Positions 35,101 to 47,100 of a stretch of 64,000 nt of DNA are shown here, in pieces. Numbering within the stretch: position 1 is the first letter of the stretch; the number at the start of each line of letters is the position of its first letter. The notes under the pieces are model-generated. The model was given only the letters and a program-made list of their open reading frames with translations. It ran no database searches and was not told where the DNA came from. Source of the DNA: Botryllus schlosseri (Eukaryota); contig CM119386.1 of assembly GCA_051294905.1 (NCBI GenBank), positions 6,138,001 through 6,202,000 on the forward strand, written 5' to 3'. The position numbers and the translations under genes are program-made.

Positions 35101-38100
35101 GACTATCGCAGCTCGAGAGTGACTTTGAGAGCTTATAATCTATATTTATTACAGTACCTGCCACTGCCAGTGATTAAAATAATTTGACTCCATCCAGGTT
35201 GAGCAACGCTGCAAAGACGGTTGAATATGACGAAGCTGCCATTCAGGGTTCCAAGACTTTACAGCAGAGAATGATGGATCTGCAGGTGCGTGCTTTGTTG
35301 AGATAGTCTCGATGTTATATTTAGAAACGGCCTGCTTATCGTAGTCCTGTGATTCTTCTTTACCCGAGTTGTTTTACTAATTCCTACCCACTGAACATTA
35401 ATTTACAATATAATTTCTCTATCTCCCATGTGAATTGAAACTGGGCTTGTTCAAGTGGTGGCGGGCAGAGTTGTTCAGTAATAAACGACTTTATACTTTT
35501 TCAGATTTACTGAAGTGGGTTTGTTTTGCCCGCTGATTCTTTCTACTCTATTGGTTATGTAATGTTTTGAGACCTATTCACTTCTGCTTAAACAGTTAAT
35601 AGGCAAAGATTCTTACCTTTTTCACTGTGCTTGCAAAACTTTTATGATTGAAATTGTCATAACATCTGCATCATAGTTACTGAACGTATTTTTGAAAATT
35701 GCACAATAGTTTCATTTGCGTTTCTTGCGATGACGCAACCTACAATTTCTAGCCACCGGGACTCAACCGATCAAAGTATGCGACCCACTGACCAAATTCT
35801 GCTTCTGGAACTACTCCAATATTTTTCAGACTTCACATTTTACTTCTACCTGACGGCCTGACCCCGTGACATAGCCCACAATTTTCTTATTGCCATCACC
35901 TTAGTATATTTCCTTCCACGTTGCACGCACATTGAGCCCAAGAATGGGAATCTATTTGCCAGCTATTGCTTAGCTTCCAATTAGCTACAAGCGGTAATCC
36001 TGAGTTCAATTTTTTCAAATCAGAACAACGGCATCACCGAGGCAGATTTCAGCGCCGTGAACACGAGTTCGGCGAGCTTGATAATGGAGAGAGCGCGTGC
36101 GGAACGCGAGAAAGAGTTGGAGGAGTTGCGCAGCAGGAAAGTACAAGGGATGAAGGCTGCTGACACGGTAATACACATACATGTAGGAACGAATCGGCCG
36201 TTAATACTTGCTGATATATCGATACTGTGGCGTCTTTAAAGCAGAGTTATGATCAGAAGTGGTCGGTAACCAATGAACTGTTCAAGTAGATCTTGTCTGC
36301 TTCCACTTCTTCGTGAACATGAACATGAACAGAACATGAACAGTGAACAGTTTGTAGGCAAAACCACTTTTGGGGAGTCGAAAGTAGTTTTAAGAGAGGT
36401 CTTCATCAGTTTTATGAGTGAAATTGTTGTAGAAACTATATCGTGGTAACTGAATATATATTTGAAGATTGTGCCTGTTTTTTATTGTCATTAGATGTTT
36501 TGCTCCCAGTCACAAAGATATATATGACAGTTTAGAAAGTACCCGCCTGTCATTAACTGTTAAAAGCATGCCACCCCTCGACCAAATCTACCTTTGGAAA
36601 CTACTTACCAGACTTGTAACCAAGTCGCAAGGTGCCTAGTCACAAGTCCATCTCACTTTTATAGTTTTGACGCGAGTCAAGTCTAGTCATTTTCAATTCG
36701 CCACTGAGTGAAGTCCAAGACCAAGTCAGTGAGTAGAGGGTCGAGTCCGAGTCGTAATGTTGCGACTCGAGTCCAAGTCATTGTGGTGTTCAGTTTTGAG
36801 CTCAATTCGGTTCAACCCACTTTTTTCAGACCTGCTCGAGTGGCATAGAGTGGCTCGCACTCGTACTATCGTAACTTTCCTCAGTCTCCGGCCCAATTTT
36901 CCAAGTATCAGGTTTGATAGACAGAACACCAATCACATGGTGACTTTAAGCCTCGAGTCACATGACTTGGTTCGAGTCGAGTCATTTTGTGCATTTAAAA
37001 AAATGACTCGAGTCGAGTCACCAAAATATTGTGACTGGAGTTGAGTCATGACTACAGCTATTAAATTACAGCCCTGCTACTTGCTTCAGTAGTTGTGAAA
37101 GCCATCATTCTTCACTTCCACGTGAATAAGTTTTAAGCGGCGACGCTAACTGCATTGAACCCCTCTAATAATGATGGCTCTCGACAATGGACGGGCAAAA
37201 TTTTATATCCAGAATCCAGTGGATTTGAGTTTGGTTGAGTTGTGTATGTAGTTACTGCTATTGAAGAAATGGTAGTGCCTCCCAGTTCAATTCTGCGCCT
37301 CCGAAGCGGAAACAAAATTACTGCAAACTGACTTTGGCAAAGCGGCGTGTTATCTGCGTGTCAAAAAGAAACCCTTTCGGCCCTTGTTCACCACCATACT
37401 GTCGCATAGGTGACCTCAACATTCCACAAACAGTGATGGTGTCGTGTAGTGCCGAACGCCATGATATGAAATTCTATCAAAGTGCGCTCGCCAAAACAAT
37501 AAGTGGATTTTAAATCGGTTGCAGCATGTTGGCAAATATTTATTCTCATTCGCAATGCCGAGCGTTTCCTAGTATACGCCCACTCGGCAGGTGCGATGCC
37601 AATACGCGTGTTACAATAACGACATTGTGATTGACAACGGACCTCGTTGACCAAAGTACACTCGAGGTAATTTGCGCTGAATTCCTATATTTGCATTGAT
37701 TACCTTCACCTGTCACCGACAACACATTAGTTACAGAATCAATCGAACACGACCGCAATCACTTTCGCGTGCTTCGTGCAATGGCTAACGCCGTTTGTTG
37801 TAGCGAAACTTCTGTAGGAATAAGAGTTTCGTGTTTTGGTGCTTGTCAAACGTATTGCCGGTTGCGATATACAATTTGACATGTAGAAAATGGTGACTCT
37901 TTTGTCTATACTGGTCTTGAACTATGCGTTAAATTATGCATGCCCGTTGTAGAGCGTTAACGGTACGAGTGGCGTGCGCGAATGTACGGATATGTAGCAA
38001 AACGGCTTGAAACGCCGACGGTTATGGATCCTGCTTTTTATTTGGATTTAAACCTTTCGAAACAGGCCAAAAACGGAGAAGATTCTGCCCGGAGTAAGCT

Positions 38101-41100
38101 GGACTCTGAAGCAAGCTCTCAATTATCTTGTGACCAAGACCGGTATGTTTCTCTGTGATATCTTTATATTATATGTAGGCTTCTCATAGTCGTGTATGTG
38201 TAATAGTGTATATTTACGTGGCGTCCCCGCTCTGTTCTATTCATAAAGCTGTCGGCGTCCAGCGCGATTTGCTTCACGCTACATCTATAATTAGGCCTAC
38301 TAAAATTTGATTTTGGCGCCTTGCTCAATGACTTCCTGTCTGTTAGAACAACAGAACTGTGTTTCTTACTGATATCGGATACCTTGCCACTTTGACGGAT
38401 ATCAATATTTTACGATTAATTGATCGGGAAATCTTGTTACTTTGTCGGCATGTCACGGTGGGAATCCTGAAACGAGTTATGCGTCACTCGCAATTAGTAC
38501 ATTTAGTTTCACTCGATTTTACTGGAGTTGCCGTGCAACATCGGCGAAAGCTATAATTAAACACAAACTTCACATTACGCACTGATACAAACCATGTCTT
38601 GAGCTTGTTGAATCCTGTAATGATTTAGGAATTTCTTTCCGTTCGTCGAAGACGGCCGGGCATATGTTATCCGAGTTTGACGACTTGCGTAGGCTCTGAA
38701 ATCGTATTCACCGAATGACTTTAGAGCTGATATGATTTTAATTGATGTGTTTGCGTTTAGGCGAATATAATTTACGACTTTGTAAATATGTGCGAGCTTA
38801 CAGGAAATTGTGTGGCACGGTCAATGTTTAGATTGCTAGTCGTATGAAGATTAGAGGAAATGTTAAAATAGCCGCTGATAAGAAAAGATGTTGACCTTGG
38901 CCAGAAATTTTTGACTTTGAACGAGTGTTTATATTAAGTGGACTTGAATATTTGAAGTGAGCTCCTATCACATGGAACTGGTCGATCAGTGTTCACATCC
39001 AGAATTATGTCTGATATTTTTTCCATAGTTTCTAAAAGGCAATTTCAAATGAATTTCATGATAAGTTACCACACCTGCCTGCTCACTATCATATTGACAG
39101 ATTTTAACTGAACTATTAATTAGGTGTTTTTCCAACTACGATTTCTTTACTCCGGTGCGCTATTTAAAAAGGTTGCTGACCCCTATGCATACCATTTATC
39201 CTACTAATTCTTGTCATTTATGCGAGTTGGAGCGGTAACTACTCAATTAGAGACGCAATTGTTTATGTTCCGCGGTGTATAGGCCACAAAAACACTGGGT
39301 GACACCGGTGTCATTTGTTGATTATATGGATTGTAAAAAATATCAAATACCATTCAATTTCATTGATTGTCAATATTATGGTAACAATAATGTAATTATT
39401 TATAAAGTGCCAAATATAGCAGCATTTCATCGCTACGATAGAGGGCTCTACACCAGGGCTATTAAAGTATAAAATGTTTATCGATATGCATGAAAGACGA
39501 AATGCGTAGCCATAAGGAAAGAATGAACTCTGTCATAGTTGGCTTTTACTGAGATACGACGGTTGTTTTAAGAATTAGCTCTCAATCGGATGACGAGGTG
39601 GGCACCTCTACCTGGAATGATACCGAGATGGAGGGGGATGATGAGGAGGAAGACGGGCAGGAATTGAGTTACACGGATTCCATGTTCGACGATGAGAGCG
39701 CCGCTTGCGACGAGAGCAAAGCGTCTGGTAATCAACGTTGTTCGCTATTTCGATGTGTAGGCTAGTCGAGAAATTGGATGTATTTTCAACTGTCGGATGT
39801 GGCCGAAGCAGCGATTGATACTGATCAAGTTTGAGTTGTGATTGCCAAGACTACTATTTTGTAGAGCTGGGCAATCGAGTCGCGATTCTTTGGAGACTCA
39901 ACTTGACTCGAGTCATTTTCTTAAATATGGAAAACGACTCGACTTATTTTGTGTGTTGACTCCGCTTGACCTGAGCTGGTCATATGACTCGAGCTTCTGA
40001 TGGCCAAGACAGGCATTTCGTTGTAACTTCGAAGAATAGTAAGCTGCCACATTATTGGTATTTCGTCTATCAGTACTGGTATTTGTAAAATGGGGCCAGA
40101 AACTGTAATGTGAGGAAAATAACTATATTATCAATGCGAGGCATGCGCATCACACATATCTCTGTTACCTACTTTGATCCTGCAACATGACGAACAGGGC
40201 TGTTCAAAAAAAAAAACTTTTTTTCCTAAATCTTGCTGGCTAGGTGAGTAAATCGTTAGGTTGTCTAAAAAGACGATGCACACCAAATTTGCGGTCATTC
40301 CAAACGGTAATCGCGGAGTTCTCGCAGTTTGAAAATTTGAATTTACTGAAAAATGCCATAAACAGATTTTTTCAAAATATCTCTGTCAACCTCATGAAAT
40401 TGTCGACCTGTCTGGAAAAACGATACAAAACAGATTTGACTCAATTCCAAGCTGTAGAAGCGGAGTTATGCAAGTTTTTTTTATGATAATTCTGGGATGA
40501 TCCACCGATCAAGGATAATCCGAGAATTATCAATGAAAAACTGAAATAACTCCACTTCTATGGCTTGGAATTGAGTCAAATTTGTTTTGCATCGTTTTTG
40601 AAGACAGCGCAACAATTCCATGGGGTTGGCAGAAAAATCTGAAAGAATATTTTTTTGGCATTTTTAGGCAAATTCCAAATTTTCAAACTGTACGAAATCC
40701 GCGAATATTGGTTGGAATGAATTTAAATTTGGTGTGCATCGTTCTTTTAGGCAACCTACGATTTAATCACCTAGCCAGCAAGATTTAGGAAAAACAGTTC
40801 TTTTTTTGAACAGCCCTAATGACCAATCAAGGTTCCAAGGCTGCCACGGTGGAAACAAGGTATCGAAAGTATATTTCCCGCTTGTAACTAAATTTGTTGC
40901 TTGGAATAATACCCTCTCATAATGTGACTCGAATCGTTACAACTAATACTGTGTTCTGATTTGAGCATCCTTGAATATAGAGCCAGGCTACTATTGAGCA
41001 GAAGAGATCGAGATAGCCGAGTAGCATATTGCGTTTGATATATATATAGGAGTATTTTGTAGCAGCTGCTCTCAGTCGAGTTATGTTCCTGTGGTTTGAA

Positions 41101-44100
41101 GGTGCGACTTCATTCTGCGGGAGATCCTATGAAGAGGATAGCAGTATCCAGGCAGACGAGTTTCATAGTACAGTCGAGGGCGTCGAAGCAAAACTCTCCG
41201 GAGTGACAGGCAAGTTTTTTCAGAATTTCGAATCCCCGGACGGTGTTTGTTGTACCGTACTTATTTCTGTTCATGTTGAGGTATGTATTGGAAAGAGATT
41301 GTGTTATTGGGAGGTGGATGTGAGCACTATTGTATGCTGGTATGTGATCAGGACGTAAGACCTGAGAAAATCTACGATAGTTTTTCCAGCAATATCAATT
41401 TGCGTAGCTGGTTGGTTCACTTGTACATGTAGCCTATCTTGTTAACAGGATTTCAGATCATCCAGCATAGCAGCTATGGGCAGAATCTAGAAGTTCTAGT
41501 AAACTTCATACTATATTCCAATTTGTGACAACGGGAGTAATGGCATATATATGATAATTTCGTTATAGAAAGTATGAATTGTGGAATGTTCCATGGCTAG
41601 ATCGCATACAGGGGAGCTAGAATACGTATTGTTATGACTTGCAATATGAGTTGTGCAAATGGCCTTGTACAACCTTATAAAGGGAGTAATATTACGCCCG
41701 TGTGGTTGTGTTGCGAGTGTCCTGTTTTACTGGAACCTCTGCATTTCTTGATAATTTCACCATGCTTGTGCTAATGTTTTTTGTTTCATATTTGTAAATA
41801 GCATCTGAATTTTGCTTTTAGAGCAGTATTGGTGTGTATAGCACAAAATGAAACCTTGTTGTCGACCAGTTATTTGGTAACATAACTGTAAATTTAAAAT
41901 ACAATAATTTTTTCGATAAATTTTAAGAGTTGGGTAACAGATTCATTCCTTTTCTGTTGTCGAAATATTTTCCGTTTGTTCCGATTACTATTCGGCGATA
42001 CAGATGATGGAAGCAACCTCGTTTCACATTCTCAGTTTCCGAAGTAAGCACGAGCGAAGCTGACATGACAAAACACAAAATCGAGGATGCCGAGTCTCGC
42101 GATATCAAAATGGTCGACGAATTGTTCGAGGGGGCCTTGTCGGGCAACGAAGGTTTTTTCCCCTCGCCCCGCACCGAATCTCCGCTGACCGTGGTGTCGC
42201 TCACGAGGCAAAAGAGTCGTCTGGAAGTGAAATGCGAACTCACTGCTGTAAGTTTTCCGACGAGAGCGAGATCGCAATGTTACCGGGTTGTTTCTCATGC
42301 TTTATGTACTAATAGAAGGGTGTGCGTTTGTGCAGGCTTTCGATAAGTGGGCCATATTGGGGGATAATGCGGTGCAACCGCGTACTGTTCATACGAGCTT
42401 ACTAGAAAGCGTAAGGCCCACAGAACTGGTTTAGCCTCCGTAAAGTTGGAATTGGACATCTGGTCTTCGAAAAGTGTTCGTGTAAAATAGATTCAAAACT
42501 TCACTGTACTTTTCCTTCATCAAAGGCTACAAAATATTAATAAAATGACATATTCAGGCTCATTTCAATATCAATATACTATGTAATTTTATATTGAAGT
42601 TATGTACCTCCAAGAAGCTCTTGAAATGACAATTAAATCACATCGCCTGACAGCAGAGAAAGTGAATGTATGTGTATGGCGGTACGCTGTATTATCTGTT
42701 GTCGGTTTTGCGGCTGTGAGCCACAAATGTTGGATCACTTCATGAATGAATGTGGCAAATCCTCAATCAAAACATTTCAAGTCTATAATTTTCTTCCGAA
42801 TTCTTATCTGATAATGTTGGTTGGTGGTATCTGGTATTTCACAATATCATTCGTGACCAAAGAACTGAACTTCTGCAAGTTGTAGCATTTCATCAACCCC
42901 AAGTTGCCGCACGGTAGCTGACCCGATTTTTCTCTCAGAGGAATCAAACCTGCAACGAGGCGGAAGATACTCACGCGCTGACGCAGCCGAGCAAATTTCA
43001 GCGCACCTGCCTGTCCAGGTCCAACTCCACAGAGTCCATCGTGTCGCTATGCCAAGAAAACGACTTCCCCATGTACACCATTAGCGCTTATCGTACCGAC
43101 CGAAGGCGACAGTCCGCCAAGTGAGTTTACCGGTTAGAGTTATAATGCAAAATTGGGCAAACCAGATATTTGAATATTGACGTAGGGCCTGGAACAAATT
43201 TTGCAAATTAGAATTACATTTACTGAAATCGTAAATTCCCAATTCAGAAGTAAAGAAACAATAATCAAGTTCCTTCCTTTCAAAATTAGAGCTCACTCTC
43301 ATCAGCATGAGCATGGTAAATGTCTGTACAGCAAGCTTGACTCGTTACGCACGATGCTGTTCTCCTGCGAGAAATTTAATTTGAATTATAGCATAGAACT
43401 ATTTCGCAAATCAGATCAATGGCATTTCGCTCTAATTGTCTAGTTATCCAAGTCCGCTGAAATACGACTGTTTTAAATTCGGTGACTAGTCGAAAATACG
43501 AAAAATACTTTACCAATACTGGCTACCGGATGACATTACATACTGATTTGCCTCTAACGCCCCATCCTCACAGATGAACGCCCATGATATTGATATGCAT
43601 GCAAATGATATTAGCAATAGAACGTTGGGAACATGTATGTCAACTTGGACTCTGTTGTAATTTTTTGTGGTATCTCCATTTTCCCAAGTGTGAGTTTCGA
43701 AAAATTTCATGTTGACCAATCATTTCCATTTTATACTTTTGCGTTACGGCATGGCAAAAAAGTATATCACGTGTATCTGTCTTTCTAAATAACTGCCCAT
43801 TCAAATATGTGAGGAACACTGCATGTTAGCGTTCTTCACAATGCCTTTATTGACATTACCAATACTACGGAATAGCTGTTTGTTTTATTTGTGTCCGTGT
43901 GATATTTGTTTGACATTTGTTAGGGTCATGCAGTCGTGCATTTATGATGTAATGCTTCTATTGCGAATGACCTCAGTTGCCCGAAATAACTCGCTACCAT
44001 TGTAGTCTGGTTTACCAATTACCTGTATCATTAAGAAAACTTTTTCGAAGTATGCGGTTGTGTAATAGTTTTGTTTGTGGTACTAGGTATATTAGCGAAT

Positions 44101-47100
44101 GCCTCTGAAAGCTTAGCCACTGTAGAATCCATGGAGGTTGATTTGGATTTATACTCTTTTAGGTGTAGAAGCGCAATTTTCGTTTAAGTTCACCCTTTTT
44201 TTATAACATTTTAGAGTTGTTATGTGTAATGCTGAAATTTAGATTCGAAAAAAGAGTGGTTCGAAATGAAGCCGAGGCTGCCAAGGCCACTTTACAGAAA
44301 AAGGATACTGAGGAATCTATATCCACGCAGGTATTTTATGATTTTCTTTTTTCATCATGAAATCTGATTTGATTGTTTGATGTTGGAACAATTCTGATGA
44401 TGGCATTGATACTTTCTGTAATTTGGATAAATAAAGGTATTGTAGGGCCTAATTAATTGAGATGTCGATTAAATTATTCTGCATACAGGTGTAAGCGATA
44501 TTAAAGGTTTTGTATTTGACCTCGCCAATTTGTTTGTCATAAATTATTGTAGCAAATATGTTTTTAATTTCTGTTATTCCTGTTTAGATTTCATGCGATA
44601 CCGAGATTTCTTGTAACAGCTATCATATATAAAACTTTTCTCCAGTTCTGACACCCCATATATTTTTACCGTGGAATTGGATAGGATATGTCTCCTAGGC
44701 TTTCACTTTTTCCATTGCGCAATTTCTTTTTGCTCGAGATCCTACATTTTATATCATATCAATCCGAACCCTTGTTGGCAAATGGCTACAGCTGATCGTA
44801 GTATGATTTCGTACCACACCTGGGTAATGTGGGACGATTGAGGGCTAACAAATTTTGGATTATGTTTGCCATAGGATATGATTGCCGACATGATGGAACA
44901 AGTTAGCAGACAACAGCGCGTAATACAGCAAGCCAGCGCGGCGTTGAACTGCTGCTACGACGCTCAACACGGAAAAGGGACCGTAACAGAAGTGGAAGCA
45001 GAAAAGCTACTACTTATTTCAAGTAAGGCAACTCCATAAGTCTTTGGTGTTTTGACCCTGTTCTTAGCCCAGCTGAGCTCAGCTCACATGCAAGAGATTA
45101 AGCTGAATTGGAAATGCTTTCAGGTAGCCTGGCTGCGTTTTTCCGACAGGCAGCCATCGTTGTGACATAACCTTTTTCTCGGCTTGATCTCAAATTTAGA
45201 CACCACGATGATTGAGTTTGTATATTCGTTTCCTTTCATCCACCAGGTGAGAAAAGGCTGGCTCTTCTCAGCGAGATAAAATCTCTGAAGGACAACAAAG
45301 CGGCGAAGCCAGAACCGCAGTACAAGCCTTGCACCGGTGCTATCATCATCAACAACGTCAGATTGCCGCTCAGGACCGAATATATATTTTCGTTAGCGAA
45401 CAAACGAGAAGCTGGTGAGTGACACGCACTTTCACACCATTTTAGTGATATGTAATGTAAAGTTAAGTCGGCATTCTAATCCTGGTCTAATTTTGATAAA
45501 CGGTATAGGTATAATTTTAATCCCAGTCTAATTTTGAAAAAAACTAGCTGCAATTCTGATGTAAGTTATCAGATGTGGTCAGTAATGAGGTACAACTCTC
45601 TTCGCAGTACTCAAGTAGGTTTTCCCTGTCTGCATCACTTCCTCAAGCGTTCATGATTTATACTGCTTCTTCACACTTTTCGGTTTATGAGGCAAACCTA
45701 GAAGTTGAATGCATGCTTTTTACTTACTTTGAAATCTGTAATTTGCCCGCCCCGGTTGTAATACGGTACCGTTGTGCGATACTCTGGTGGTAACAGGGTT
45801 ACTTACACCGAATACTTATTCTGTCCAGGCGACCTGCGAAATCACTACTACTTCGTGCTGGCTCGACACCGGCATCAGATGTTTGCAACGCAGCTAGTCT
45901 CCACTCTCGACGACCTGTCCGGCGACTCATTGGTCTTCAAAGACCAATTTAAGATGTAAGAAACGTACCTGTGAATATATTATTCCCCAGTCCTGTTACG
46001 TTGTATCTTTCGTTACCAGTGACGACTTGAAGAGCGACTTTAAAATCACTCTGGAAGTTTATAGTCTGGTGAGTTCTTTAACCAAGGTTTAATAGCGGAT
46101 ATGTGCAACAGCTTGCTATTTTGTGTCTGTTTTCCGATGACTTAGGCTTTGCCTCGGTTATTGCCAGGCTGTGGAGTGCCATTGAGATGTATTTTTAACG
46201 TCAAGACTTGATGCACACATCTATTCTGTAGTAAGGTTGCCGTTTTTCATGCACACATCTTTTCGACTTGCGGAGTTAGCAAGTCGAAACAATGCGTATC
46301 GATACCATCAATACGGGCACATTTTAATATAATCCCAAACCAAATCTACTTATGAAGAGGGGATATTTTCAAAAATGTTCTATAAACTCATTCGATGGCA
46401 GATTGCGCCGACCCTTCACTGTCAAAGATAGCAATTTCTACAGTATCGGAAGTATCTGAAGTGTTTGTTAGATCTTTTTTTTTTGCAATGGATGAATAAA
46501 TTTCTTTCACTCTCCCTCTCTCGTAAAGAGGAATTGTAATCTGATATTGGTTGGCTCAATTAACCATGGTGTTGCTAGAATTCTATTCATTTTTGGGGCC
46601 AGATACATACTTTTTGGCTGTGAAAGTAGCCAAATGGCAGCTCTGAACTGGTCCGTCAACTGTATAGTATTGGGAATGTGGCTAACACTTCCTTGAACAG
46701 AGGAGGTTTGTTTTTTTGTGCCTAAACATGGGATTTGTTTTGCAGAATCACAGGACACGGGCGGACGGAGTCCCGATGCAAGACAAGTCCAAAGGAAAAC
46801 TGTCAGGAATTCTTCACAAGGTATGCGATACACCATTGTAGTAGTCAAACGCTGGTTACTCAGATTCCGAGAGGTGACCCTGTCAATATTTTGAAATATG
46901 CAGATCGAGATTTTGTTCAGGGCAGATACTCAAAGAGACTGTGCCAGTTTCAATACATGAGTTTCCCTTACTGATTCTACCAAAGTGCGGAGTCTTACTG
47001 ATTCCACCAAAGTAACCGGACTGTCTGTGCTAGGCGTAACTATTGAATAGTGTGAGACTAGGGCCGTGTGATTCATCTGGAGGCGTTTTTTTTTTTCGGT

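Noticed and set aside
41923-42298. Minus-strand ORFs overlapping anillin exon 13, and similar antisense ORFs over the IRF, REXO2 and other exons
   Set aside because: Antisense shadows of real coding exons.
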